64,000 bases of DNA, taken from Candidatus Aenigmatarchaeota archaeon. Its GTDB lineage: Archaea; Aenigmatarchaeota; Aenigmatarchaeia; CG10238-14; SpSt-28. Under the pieces are notes generated by a model. The model had not been told where the DNA came from. It searched no databases and saw only the letters and a list, made by a program, of their open reading frames with translations. The translations under genes and the position numbers were made by a program. The stretch spans positions 1-64,000 of the forward strand of contig JAWBMD010000002.1 in NCBI GenBank assembly GCA_039000985.1. The letters are read 5' to 3'. Shown in pieces: positions 40,201 to 41,796 of this stretch (the first letter of the stretch is position 1; every line of letters begins with the position of its first letter).

Positions 40201-40949
40201 ACTAAAATAACATGACTCGGAACTGTTACATCATAAATTATCCCTTTATAGTTTTCCAAGCTTATTTTATTAACATAAATTGGCTTTAGATTTTCATCAA
40301 GAAAAGTTATACCATAGCCAGCTTTAGCAAGTTCATAAGCTTTTTCTATTTCAATGAACTTAAATTCATTTAAATCTATACCAAACAAAAAGTCTTTAAT
40401 TTTTTTAATGGGAGAATAATCAATTCTTGCAAAAACTTTATGATTTTTGGTAACATGAATATTAATTTCTCCATTTATCTTGTAGATTTTATCGTTATAA
40501 GGAAGTGAAACTATTCTTAATGGCTTTTCCCATTTTATTTTGTTATTAGAAAGGACGGCAACTTCATCATCATAGCTTAAATCTTTAAAATATTTCCATC
40601 CATTTTTTGTTAAAACTTTTGTGTATTCATCATAGCTTGAAATAAAACTATAGCTTTCATTTTCCCAATAGCCAGAAGCATTCCAACTAAAAATCCACTT
40701 ATCTAAGCCAAAATCATCTTGCCAAAATGAAAAAAATTCTATTGTATTTCCAAAAGCTTTACTACCAAAATCAAGATAAATTGGAGGTAAAATATCAGTA
40801 GGTGGAGCAATAAAGCTAGATTCGTTGAAAGTTATATTTTCACTTTCATTTAGAGTTATATTAGCAGCTGCTATTATGGATACTATGAAAGCTAAAGAAA
40901 TTATTGAAAATAATAATTCTGCTTGGCTTGTTATTGATTTCACTCCCAC
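6141..40949 (-). CDS. Giant 11,602-aa membrane-anchored surface protein with Hint domain, ~20 Ig-like tandem repeats and C-terminal HerA/VirB4-like (DUF87-type) ATPase
   Basis: Uninterrupted 34.8-kb ORF with GTG start and hydrophobic signal peptide. TM at ~7250-7310, Walker A GGTGSGKT at 7056-7079, Walker B LLLVFDEVH, REFRKWG Arg-finger-like motif and LISQ. Confidence 0.93.
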   Translation of the reverse strand: MGVKSITSQAELLFSIISLAFIVSIIAAANITLNESENITFNESSFIAPPTDILPPIYLDFGSKAFGNTIEFFSFWQDDFGLDKWIFSWNASGYWENESYSFISSYDEYTKVLTKNGWKYFKDLSYDDEVAVLSNNKIKWEKPLRIVSLPYNDKIYKINGEINIHVTKNHKVFARIDYSPIKKIKDFLFGIDLNEFKFIEIEKAYELAKAGYGITFLDENLKPIYVNKISLENYKGIIYDVTVPSHVILVKRGSKAVWSSNLNVLEGWSNITKIVNSSGTIAFKFYAFDLAGNWNETEIGIINITQNESSALENIAQVKPEIKIEKIEHPLFVNILQEFEVKAFITSFNVTTSLQAPPEFIVESLQKNLAQVGENESFNVSWLLKANKCGNYTLNITAEANESKDFKSFDILVKCEQKNIAINAFVYVENVTKEKRIWKNVKIYGNVSLNESITSSNVSVAIKDPKGEIIFQDKASTDGSFLFSFEFLPKHSGTYTAEIFAETEFGNTSKIFGFDVLKHLRLKPKIKQEKFNYGLGERATFEIELEEELSENNEVKVYLIDLEGSEKEVDFYEKDGKYFVDLDFGRSFRPGLYKLKVKTIEEKFVEKGRTPFKVLEKVVEVLEEEETEFGVGLVTVNTPKSIYLPGEDVKIIVGVLNEEGKRAYDAVINLVVTSPSGKIKVYNSYNGDFANDELDGSLFVIYNQTDEIGNYSIKVIATGQNLNTTYESFFEVRNFVEFEIERKMKTLIDIGHPNLAEIKVKSNINVENITIIEKLPNDFLEIVVYGGRIEKKENETWLIWNLNKLNESEEKVLRYTFTTPDVKPAIYLAGPIYVLYNNSYEFKEIKPWTFIVVDVVYYFFKFLPYYKTNPLQYAVDAVHHLVYNSFEIYRDAVVMCRNNMNYTLRLVLTDEADDDAGILQDWELQVATPTWQPITSSGTNGWKLFPGETNPHTSQSGIGTGDTCTRNPTTANGDKCEWDGYLVWNITITPSAPLGLNKIRVLPKTRTTGPMFETNILYVYLIDCKYPYDINLIRPIKIFSPTGEPTDKVLRGHLAKIVIPLANYNTSFDKTADVSIKILDTRSNQEVDWFVVEGKTKRVNIPRTLNALNWNTSIVTFTVFIPDNIEAVKYKVVVNISLGSSLVTHEKSFDVYTDDSESSTDIVLFSSTPRMLGSNCESSYGTSCDNNIDHSTYCAGSYYCFRDIRVIYVCNYGDYNLTVNITDQTTGLLRYFSTESTPAVPQPNVNESGGTVLRWYNVNLNTSSCFRAEIPYRPSDDVGEETFYLTVEWKDPSTGEIRSVIQKHVSLTSASTTIKNPTISSKLNETTVLPGQNLPLRIIQKLGGTDYTGTVESTRGALIHYVEIFIPPGFTKPTNFRIIDLNGLANVVVDPEPGYPLGSEEEGWIVKFSPYRMIGIRNSTGTVMRIGASSSPQGVSEANYIEFITNVVSAGKVIPGGKVLLTNYIGWGRINKAYIFHLDRSVLTIRAPFLKTVRYYNTTSVDEQLDFPSFFACGNFSTKLQVFNKGNLPAMNFNVTENKENVSVTHPGDLQFSYFNPTPTYYIQSRLINWGGSINFGVTGKDNAKNYSYLISIPYQTNGTFTFFAQPKNASLTFYDENYTIFIACGASLSVSEPTTKKGEITNPPIFAGDIFNISSTIYNNGPGNATNVIIEINYTNTTPISGLENLVIKNFTQQISNLTYFKTIGPKQSKVAHVDYTYIVNTSGVSPGTIRFCIKANATENSTKVVACKDVTLNAPPAIIEMENPLIISDETGTSTGSWGFNFTFNISVRVRNSNNGVIICSYFSKTGSEPWKLVGCDSYPAPGSSTGPWRNFTFTFDADCEDIGSPVFAKFNATNNAGTTNSTSTTFTITKDKVIFEDIIGNNTENRRGKTTTLLALRVRDKNNTLITNLPITFYVTLDGSIYDSGTSNTTNSSAYANYYFQAKCSPKYNVGNQKWKAVVSGQACYQDNSTESYYNLSVLVTGDIILQFSKPDGSTNYTQEQEVPFLGATTDDCGDPLTTTVRYFANKSEQSFECSPVSQVGANAYTCDWVTDITTPMGWYNTTMIANRSYHYDNITTNLGVPGLFYLHPVKKLEEPTAIPTIEGWGYPNWNFSVKASSGDSENVLNVSLYMHTAWPPIFKCDAPTCLNQTPTECFNCINSTKYWYRNFTASQQGIWYYQFKMDGAETPQVLSVTVEKDDVNISYGGQGNNTTVIIYIQPQWLVVRVYDLDRQTYNVTNPSALVTFKLYNGYPGGYKIIGSNYTDEEGYARFLLNVTTCVGWYEGSQFWAAEINSTEPNYKPNASENFTITIQLPGCVPQVDVFEILTPKEVFVYRNFTINATITSWIATAENVNVTITVPQGWEVDEPTKNLGSISPGEYKRVWWRVNATSYGEANVTVFANSSNAGNDTLISSKFIVYKLKPVSLPLESLPIELLPGENKIFSWDCEAGSYRIANLTISSTNISTQPKEVLLRVEVYNGSDWIDILHSYKINLTGSRTDFVPILQNQLNANETGYCKVKISNIGSNSINITQVLLSAYYNETVQIQDIEVKIGETSTTGLETSEELFNVTIRIANSNPISFSAILWLNITNSSGYLVNYSSQSVNIQANSISLFNFNNINTSTWLPDIYNLKAFLSYDSKSTERSEQLIFKDIVVESEASNWMCNSTTEQYNITIVHPFIDTIQYNVSLEVPTGWSYSPSYQLITVSSPGNYTLSFNLTSSNAESEIAIVNATISYVYPGTQKSRKASFTIEESNSIAILEVVRETPKVIGKDTVFDSQLTIHNKGCAATSGTTIVKEVLSTGWTPANPSIKTNEYGDDVQLISSSVDLINNVITWQLGSIGINKYAVLTYQVKSPPGLSQQGSLRYNVSWENKNLQEEKAYVIQTFNYTQESHLEFDLDVLQQADYPWSEPRSAQLNKDYNYSLKVTNVGDILASNWNVSIKIPESCEVKQIYNSGSWNETSRKITWQLPDLAVYSSIRLNFTLNCSSIGKKVFIAEGIKDTKSETSFVNDTNINCFGSSCSLNQVYTFTKPSNARYEKLKEINFLISYEWKGQNVTIGQASVSFTDDLLNYKIAWQNYSLSSSSEKVWSNYSIDENEQEKFISASRNIELNSYTDATYDPKSNLTIEKIAYTWKTGKLFEEKQELFAKTKIYAYAPLLENATLYINGDKARTVGGWGEQFNFSVMVRDRFGRDVIVYAWHRKGITDYSLIGSWTCYSCYQWTQANFTYDYIGSDIGSWNFKFNATNADGNSELPGYGYLIEADEINVYNITPIWNSTVNRSTITNFVLQVWDRDNQSYPGYLQAGQLDEGRGKIFISKFGSNETFDSSPAISANQTGHLVRSMQNSSDSWCKVSDYYLGQNYWKGGVTGASTYKDNITSIMPFWLVGDLSNSYLTQPLGEQNFTRGQTINFNGVIKDDCNDVKTDAAKFGAEYRISHGDTTYVILASLTSASWQVPYDAPLGWYNVTMIAFAEGSEAGKYWNGTYFKQNAFFIATVPKLDNPQVKPYPEGSWEIKPFNFSVYITSEDNETVLTKLWLKNASVEWYTENSTFCSNCNNYYFLTQKNFTCENIGTWQAKFNASSVTSFTNETSIITFNVTKSAISINYGEGNNTIVNRSDSAPNNTTRLSVQIWNLVLNNYITVIPTTNVKTWVMNDSTNWKEEFETSNETHYYLDFNPGCEYLPGLRKWKVNSTHACYANNSSEEFYVTIFGSLTNTLEKPDGTVNYTAGSLIELSGIVIDDCSQPVIGAQVRFKLQSGSNVYYCPSSGYVTNTTGNFYNCTWDSSNKAGGWYNVTMESSKDYYINGSYFRQNAFFLITPVELINPQVTYPGDGSWGEIHNFSVIVNHYAGINVCLLERTSPSDPWSVTECKFVSDPTNKLVNFTRDYTCSEYQAASLRYFAFNASEPGVPETYSNTSAQSHVLTKDDIAFNYVEGNESQVNRNGSYTTKFILYVNDTDKNQPAYTILGALTKPQVWFKVHNGTAYLEDGSNTTNSSGYVEYNFNPSCSYDAGKRNWYGYTSADSCYKDASSSTFNVTIIGDLIPNVTFPDGQTYYRELYLYIPIYGDVRDECNLHNITDATVNFTTISVGFGNQFECLPVNSFGNGTYNCTFNATEAPEGWYNVRMNATNVTYYNNGTILKQNSFRIIQTWQPPVLKNETVLPEQDWGWGENFTFKVNVSDVNAEDVNVSLWLSPDNQTWSYVSSQICYNCGAETELTFYYKGYSCSDIGVRYFKFNASDAHNTTDRVGINFTLTKDDVEIQYSGLSEGNNSWVDRNAGSVLLRVRIYDSDNKSYVPSNVQGKIWVTLDQVNYDSGWSNTTDEQGYLGVYFTPTCNPLYNASVQYWKGGTYSDSCYKDVNSTLTLITNIRGWLNNTVAYPNGDIYYSNQNVTIRGNVTDECRVNISDATVKFKVMHDTFSAICEPDPANAEPQPAWYNCTWNISNNPSGWYGVEMNSSRSYYNNGTKVRSQVFFHQVPPQLSGAFVSPTQAPWGSTFTFKVYVTDDDDTVNVSLWIRKLPAGSFSLVNSTLCIDCINTQVILSKSYTSGTDVGDYEWFINASDLHGGTNETSTGTFNVTKRNTYWIYSQGNNSWVSRIGNNVTILQARLYDMFTNLPYTPPSGTYMNVTKDGSWGQWINTSLDGYLTINFDPDCSYTVGEKKWKAVFDGNAYYFGNQSENFTVNIYTELSGSILQPNGEVYDEGEIVQIIGRLQDECSQHVSGASVIFRIHPGDFSCSPEPANDLGNGNYSCNFDTTGRIGWFNITMNASKIYYNDTYSLKQNAFQVRKKPILTNWQVYPTSEGWGYNFTVNVTVTDPDTGDTITVNLWKSYDGANWIYVDSQTKTGCAAGCNVNFYPTLSCSDYLNGPTIYFKFNATDSYGLKNETSSFTATLEKDNVNFQIVQSTSIINREGEESGTFVVRVNDTDRGDWVNISEEPDGIISGMFWFTKEPTIPTWDSGWYATVNSTGHMGISFNPNCSYAVGLQYWKVGISGNDCYADTNMTEASFNIRGQLKTNLYKPPKFSEFNVTNLINIGWNVYSDCYGIAGAYDSGNISEVTNTLNLYNFNNISTCVEINEPFPGNYNCTWNSTSQPQGNWTINIQASKLNYNSNNTNYTSWFYLKNWAPVVSNLQVSPNVGGWGAIYNFSAYVTDQENDTVTCKLYVNTTGGFVFKGSNSTSTPGTCYVVVNDFTCLDQSNASFYFVVNDTFNSVNTSETLGITQGPNITKNSVSITLIQGNNSVVNRSDQNPVGNVTRFILKINDTTRNSPPLENTNGSIWITYDFTNYYRYFVQTNGSGYINFDFDPDCSGPHYQTGKQYWIAAVIDDYCYATTYTNSTPSQNYSTNIIGDLVLNILSPRGGKYLRGDYPDGENVNLTARVVSDCEAQEGGISDASVNFTLTQSSITNYCSPIQSLGNGYYNCTLNTSGYSAKGWNITFNASKPFFNPSSTTDIFQIWQRGFWVETKPVLYTDFSYVSYNSTGHVGDGGWGELWIFKVNATDEDEDTMIVKLWINRTDNGEWAQPVIGEGNTTNSTAKGINVTITFTLRLPNPAALGGTSPVGPHAFKFNVSEKQDIYGNTTIDFPQNVYETANGTFVYQKDDVILEHIVGDNTSVNRSGTQIQTLTVRVYDTDTGIYPTFTSTGASIWVTTDLASNYVAIPGTTSVINSYINTSAAQFDPTCSFQIGPQRWKAGITSSNVHYKPTNSSEFRINITTVPLSFNYISPKNGKLYIKSPTPADSLMLVGNVTDDCGGVNQSTPKFYLYRGSTIKDCSLSGSITDYNNGTYSCLISNTTLNTDPEFVYGYWNVSFNATKDYYNSSEQQFEQNALYIASRPVLTTGTAYISTGNFTNGWGDLWFFQVDVEDDDYTGEQGSLVNVSFWINLTGQWEFYGWQTCSPPCTGINVNALKFNTSFSCSNIGTRYFKFNATDNLYSIDNRFKSESSKQDFSITVDTSSLVIEEGDGSNVNRPGIETVLLKTSITDWSKGGITVGESGINGRIWITKNRTTFDSYIPLTTGSDGKFTYNFDPNCSYYTGKQWWKVELTDSCYSFTSTDNATVYVYGQLYSNLEYPPYGWINGTGTLIPIVLDVKSDCSGYIDEETPSVPNSTEGINYPIKIRRPDDSTIDNCYPWQDWYNGTYNCTYNTTYRPPGYYDIILSSAKQYFIPNTTYYYDWFELTNLPPTYQNPQVSPSKGGWGETYNFSIEVKDTDLDNVNCSLFVSTDDGTTWRYVGSQVIQGSSEWQTCRFIFTRPYGCNSTFFDIGNDNWFRFNLTDDVGQTTIVTIQGPEIIKDNITITHVYGNNTNITRASGFLPLKVYVYDISANQPVGKSGSANVRLSFNVTKDGVNYIFVGSNQTYSSLAGNVTFNFDPSCEFDVGYQQWFAFYNSTVGAAGECYYYNESERFTIGIVGQLVNYITSPNSTKNRFVREEENITWRGYVTTDCSAKDGLISNATVAFEATHVGTATKYYCDEPLINENNGYYRCLFINNVSKPTRSYKLNMSSSNVSWFNPDWIEVSNLCRPTPCAFFIVTRPSLSNPSVSYTQDGGWGESWQFGVTLSDADLDVNNVSLWIRNITPAPPQCPEASAWPDFYLKGSQNVQQGNIVFNYPSPAFSSACVGASFEFFFNTTDGERNANTSLLTFTVQKDDVNITLIEGDSATLNRSLAPYQENVTFSIKIYDTDRNVLLGVGTPGTIKFYVTTDPNNPNSFVVEEIVPQVGPGGFVNHTFPKAETRCNYGIGPQRWRAEFGSTSTIYKATNSTLTYGDDFHITLVTYPLQVNVIAPDNQSFRRNIDLITYIGNVSDDCGGVKGANVEFRAYPEEINPSSTCLPNEVTDYNNGTYSCSRLPSDDWQMTYHNLTINASKQYYEPSKIFEKVDSFVIVTNPTITLLPPTSKCRASECLGSDNNFGWGEIWNFSAIVQDLDQGAYSFERMNISLWIDFGSGYQLINSTICYAPACQSPKLITFLQTFDCEKIGTWNYKINVSDYWGYKNESSSEITINPNSIEVEYISSPIKIDREIGTTQGTFVLRIKDVDRDEYLSSGRNASFFFTKDGSTFNVRYDVKTNSSGYINITLDPDCSYSVGIQKWDGGILGDYCYYSENYTQRIGGPYDPPQYNISGQIKVNLLQPYYQQVFNVTQQILIRFNTTSDCSNEGLIANATHPLAQIELKSPTGEWEVCSPFNNEYDGWYNCTWNSTGKKEGYWSINLTASKLPDYNLNETMYENWFWLENVYTIAENASVSPSQGGWTRLYNYTIDIYDQEGDTINCSLFISKDNQASWEYKGSYVVAGTPGIPTKGKCFVEVHDFDCSDIGTDNYFKWQIQNGEPSNTYNTSAVQGPNITESQVLISYIDGNNSYVNRSSGINQVIKFEVNVFDLENLSYAKNVNVSFWVTNNSINYRLDIINQTDGLGNATYYFNPDCTYSTGIQYWLAGVTDNCYIDINTTSNFTTYIIGNLIGFVHEPNGQEFLRGSNITINATLYDECSIPISEATVNFTMKSYKTLQEFSCYPTLSESNIYNCTFNTSYPIVMPAMWYNVSMTSNKTYYNTNTTIKQNAFWIETKPVLSNAEAIPSQDGGWGESWLFRVVFTDEDLDFNWVRLWLDRGRPTDPTQVALNTSVSGENIIVEFNLSNIFTEDDFNRNESFWFKFNTTDNPPGGLPEDIDDTGFIFRKLNKDNVTINLIEPINIVLNRSAEKYSKINYSAQIIDADRNVPLPSGRTGKIFYTKDGNNYIDSGFLFTLSGGIIYTNITLDCSYSVGPQKWIAGTANNSLTYAWELKNSSIAYFTIITENLTVNLTAPINNYPWNAPRRGIDNITFIADVKDDCGYVSGATLTFKIFDPNCANGVCECSGSRVIDYNNGTYSCTILSSETSTWETGWHNVSVEVSKQYYNGSSDFQVNSFYLATIPEITPTGYPGIAAIPESDGGWGELWRFEAWILDLDGDNVNVSLYLNLNGSWILRNSTIITANVPTLVTFYDRFICEDIGLNKGFKFVATDVWGYSSQENKTFNIFKDDTVVEYITGSGERVDREGSNYVLMKVRILDSDRGGIAIGRDHNGSLFVTQESLGSGGNVSTYMLYLINKTDEESVLTFYFDPNCSIGVGVQNWKAGILNDACYKDYQPEFGFTVNVTGQLKVNIENPSYGSIFAVGGIININTSVFSDCINEGFLKDSVVTHEARSPALTYELISPVTDQQNGFYNSTWNTSFHVGGNYSFRINATKANYNGNSTLFINWTTLINTPPTAENASVTPTQSGWGDVFNYSIDIFDLQMDNVTCKLFAYTTNNWKLIGSYFLQGGRGKCFVATTFNCSDISPTTWFKWQIEDSTPENTFNTTNFTGPIITKDYVTIEYTSGNNSLVNRSGSEKVLLSLRIKDSIRNVYVGSGVNGIIYITTDGTNYDSGNTNTTNSTGYLNLFFDPTPDYSVGYQKWKGGTYNDACYFDTNSSEFNLTIIGSLSNSITLPDSYTEYLKPIDNITIIAHVIDDIFVAITDANVSIKLVHESGAIYDCLPVENIGNGDYKCTINTSLLKARNYNITVESSKQFYNNGSITGTNLVFVKTKPILIGENVTSEQNSDVGGWGETWLFKVNVTDEDLDNVSVVLYARKFGTTTWNFLNSTTLFSPINQTAELTVFNPGLFQTNQGIWEFKFVAQDTRLLTTETSPKNFTIEKDDIALELVEGNGISIWRNGTHIGNLVVRVKDLDRDEYANGVNVTFFVTTNGNNFDSGTIVLSNSTGYSNFEFDPNCLYDVGNQKWKATVISDDFYKQATTSNFSLTIKTFLALKVDYPRNQKAFLRGTLIPFYGSAFDDCGNYVSGAETKFTAFFGALSFSCPPIPANDMNNGTYNCTFDSSGKPYGIYDIRFEGRKQFYSNYPNYNSTREMGAFAIRDKPVLTDFTIDHTFGGWGELYKFSVKLTDNDVEQNNVTLWKSYDNNTWQIVDSKIVVPSFSNYPVEFNVRFKCDDMLNGPLVYFKITSVDASGFNDTTNTLNITFEKDDNTITLGADSGTVVRRIGSNTIYLRAIHYDSDLGVYTNNTNITIYITEDGENYSFNSTCLTSLGNCTIFYDPQCSSNVGTQYWFAKSTDICYKEVNSTNKTFNVIGQLNVTMIKPLNGDILLRGLLTTLNASVNDECLVKLPTATVKWYNSSWHLLATGQNTTWDIPASYKKGSETIYANATLTNYDPNFNSSNVIIYGLSNITFVSPLNGTEIPAGTPTMLSCKVRDSNTSENIEGYLVSFLKNNSLLGNSFTNEEGIASFTWFTTGELAGYYNISCNITTNNTLLYAPSKNIDSIIITIRRPLIIKEIIRSSTEIYRNDSFSPFSANITVRVFDSNIGPAENANVTFYNSTSLIDYCLTNSSGYCSLINFNPADNVFPYEEIFYINATKAGNEPSETNTTTIIVKGILIAKIVEPLNNSVFSKDQSIPVRANITSENGENETIINPIVEWWNETAILTIGNPTSIPQPIVAQQKTGYHSLMALAKRQYFDDGRDNVTIIITSLSDVVWIYPQNNAIIPYSEIFTPTCFVKDKISNAGIANYNNVSFYYKLEPSPTFIYNITLLTNSTGYASYTFKPFEKGNYTFLCNITDDIEKFYSASIREDTSTFWVKDIYPPLIENINVYPISNLEANLNSTTVNATLIDNYGIDSAWLNITLPNGTYQIVFMSNISIPIKIGDYTYINYSASFIPPIDGNYSIYIYARDKAPEYNINFTFASNISVFGKVFGEISIQPTNIIAINITQLTGFTFEAMANFTNLGPANMYSVNLTHSEIPANSLIYNESARNCGNLKVNESCSWNFKITVPNATPPQLIRKFVVAIWRNPENTINSTNASMEIDVASNPLVLIDKSVIEKSISHDNTTFIDTIKVISFGNDEIRDVRLITVGGNLFTDCPECILYIVPNDFGTMPAGITQTSSISITVPFGQSPGIYWTKLRANTTNAGYYESLLNLTILVNGSWLVNPNNLGIVLIPPGTSGNLTKINVTNIGNIPLAFQILKSGNASLFIKVYPEENPNANSFTLEKTAKRRLTVEYNVPSNTIEGIYTVDIIIRNLTFAEPSQRAIPLIINVSDVPPTISDVEINPINFEVGFDIINVSATITDNLAVDKAWLNITYPNESIIIIPMNNITDFYFANFSSDLVGDHLLQICANDTRGLKNCLSYNVTGWEITLLEIDTNDTIIADNVTIVENQTIDLNVSLNNIGFARAFNGTVNITSYSQNVTVENSLLTYGYVILKNSTKSNSTKIIVLVNTTPGNYTLNLKAEWINLNLSTNETYKNVTVMVVENPLVVPSLPLIERTIIAGSYDLFNQTLLSIGNVNASNISITCFEGIVCSNFTVNITPSQIEEMISGESKNITINISVPNNFLTGVYNGTFIISFNQIKNTSFIVKVRVPLNISWEQEPEFTENYTMDETNGTLIKVKLINTGNGDIPLNLFITGNASQYLTTSNYSIILPFSSSIEIPIFFDFPAFDNDKDLIGILTVRVNESHISNATITEINTTILIHVLQYSVKIIEPTESNPLRNVLPEQNISTLVNVKRNGTSITQNITFSIFLSNETFSIEAINKTIAENNSLNQIFFIAPNVSLNRAYDLEVIANFSHPNLTLSKKSKEIESIIYKDTIAPIIDIVLPARLPANQTLLILFNITESGGLNFSTIKVIVTKPDNSSENISFNLIERVFDIYIFNASFSNTSSLGTYKVNVIACDKSDNCNSSEKSVEIFPVIWISGYMRDYENINEEPINARFILKDPETNSLLFDLPVYDFYNETIDARSYNFNLQIENGSFNNIIKIKNIPLNTNLFNPIIVGKVPKLRTTISQLKGIFVDSIFNTSNASLIFNFADCENNGCGFPIFDPMNLKVFKYIGNWTPKISSSINTLWTRIENTTINISTRTIEAKLDELKGVYILAEFICGNNICESEFGETNSICPSDCISLPPAPPAPPAPPAAPGAGVGLGLAPNITIPNISINITGNITPITRAPIEFRGEFIDVEIFPQEEKIFSVDIVNHLDQYVEISISIEGTAANLVTVLNPLVRIAPLSTGLTRLKAFAPVTVAPGIYMGDVVLFGGNITHRIPINVKVKPVIEPLLDVKVKALTKTVEPGKKLIFEVTLINMGQTPKIEDITAYYRVRTLNPPYRIIAENSETVAVVNTLTYRREILIPENTPLDDYLIEVNASYWYGVKYAISSDSFTVTTLPAPLVMLKNVMTNWITWLVLLFAVPGIYAFSRWYAAYRLSKLAKKRYIAPIDFKALPQPGPDSIEVGKIAETDVKAYLDTKQLLMHTIAAGGTGSGKTVSAMVAAEELLKRKIPVIVVDPTAQWTGFIKPNRLKVMLDLYPKFGLKPTDARSFKTNIIVVEDPEMPIDLKKWMIPGEITVFVTNRLKPEQIDTFTRKMIQAVFDMRPAETKEVKLLLVFDEVHRLLPKYGGKGGYVAIERGCREFRKWGIGIFLISQVLLDFKAAVRANIASEIQLRTRFEGDINRVKTKYGQDYANKVVKLTIGTGLFQNPEYNHGKPWFIEFRPLLHSPLGLTDAEINEYVKIAKKLDEIEAKIKELKEKGKDTYDLEIEFNIAKDKLKTGAFAMANTYIESLETRLKKM
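13340..31420 (-). repeat. 18 tandem ~1-kb (~335-aa) degenerate protein repeats in the giant ORF
   Basis: A GGWGE-x-W/F/Y-x-F-type motif recurs at ~31405, 30395, 29428, 28425, 27455, 26518, 25508, 24460, 23365, 22330, 21272, 20183, 19170, 18180, 17130, 16147, 15178 and 14202. Most units also carry GNN..VNR, F(D/N)PxCxYxxGxQxW, DDC/SDC and GxYxC motifs. Confidence 0.9.
34000..35630 (-). repeat. Two further copies (second incomplete) of the same ~335-aa repeat
   Basis: GSWGFNFTF (~35600) and EGWGYPNWNF (~34625) with the same downstream KD-V, GNN, Cys and G-Q-W motifs. Confidence 0.8.
40167..40637 (-). other. 157-aa Hint/mini-intein-like domain (aa 105-261) inserted in the giant protein
   Basis: Block A-like SYDEYTKVLTKNGWKYFKDL, block B VTKNHKVF (TxxH), block F/G YKGIIYDVTVPSHVILVKRGSKAVWSSN; the next residue is Leu. 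Confidence 0.85.
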
Positions 40950-40986
40950 GATTTCTAAATAATATTATTTTTTATGCAAAATATAT

Positions 40987-41760
40987 TTAGTAGAAAATTT
41001 TTTTAATTCTGGAAAAAATTTTTTGTATAAGCTTTTCTTCCTTGTATTTTTCCCCAACTATAAAAGCAGAAAGCTTTAATATTTCTTTTACTGATTTAGA
41101 ATTTTTATGCAATGAAGCTAAAGGTATTAAAAAATATGAGCTTCTTCTCATGTTTTTATCAAATGGTATTTTTGCTATTATTGGCAACTCTGTAATTTGT
41201 TCTATTTCTCTATCATTCATTTCAAATCTATCATTAAAAACCATGTTTAAAACAATTCCAAGAGGTTTTATGGTTGTATATCTTATTTCTTGATAAGCCC
41301 TAACAATATCCATTACAGACGGCAAATATGGTTGTGTAACAAATATTACTTCATCAGAAAATTTCAAGCTTGCTAATGATTCTCTCCCTAAGCCAGGAGC
41401 TGAGTCTAAAATTACTATATCGTTTTGTTCCCTCATTTTACTTAAAACTTCACCCAAGCTTATTATATCAACCCCAACCATATCGCTTACTGAATTTGAT
41501 GCAGGTATTATTTTTAAATTTTGTGAATACATATGTGTGGCTTCTTTTATACTTGCTTCTCCTCTTAAAATTCTATTTAAGGTTACTGGGGAGTAATAAA
41601 TTCCTAAATATAAGCCTAAATGAGAAGTTGTTATGTTACAATCAACTATTGTTACACTTTTTTTAAAAATTTCTGCTAAAATCCAGCCAATGTTTATAGC
41701 TAATGTAGTTTTCCCAACACCTCCTTTACCAGATGATATATTTATTACTCTACAATTCAC
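40987..41760 (-). CDS. minD: MinD/ParA-family ATPase
   Basis: SSGKGGVGKTT, VDCNITTSHLG, ILDSAPGLG, LGIVLNMV, amphipathic-looking C-terminus (LIQKIFSRIKKIF). Confidence 0.9.
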   Translation of the reverse strand: MNCRVINISSGKGGVGKTTLAINIGWILAEIFKKSVTIVDCNITTSHLGLYLGIYYSPVTLNRILRGEASIKEATHMYSQNLKIIPASNSVSDMVGVDIISLGEVLSKMREQNDIVILDSAPGLGRESLASLKFSDEVIFVTQPYLPSVMDIVRAYQEIRYTTIKPLGIVLNMVFNDRFEMNDREIEQITELPIIAKIPFDKNMRRSSYFLIPLASLHKNSKSVKEILKLSAFIVGEKYKEEKLIQKIFSRIKKIFY

Positions 41761-41796
41761 AAATATTTTTTAACCAAAAAGTATAAATATACATTT

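Noticed and set aside
40860..40949. Class III (pilin-like) signal peptide on the giant protein
   Set aside because: KSITSQAELLF lacks the K/R-G/A cleavage motif and the +5 Glu spacing; treated as an ordinary signal or anchor.
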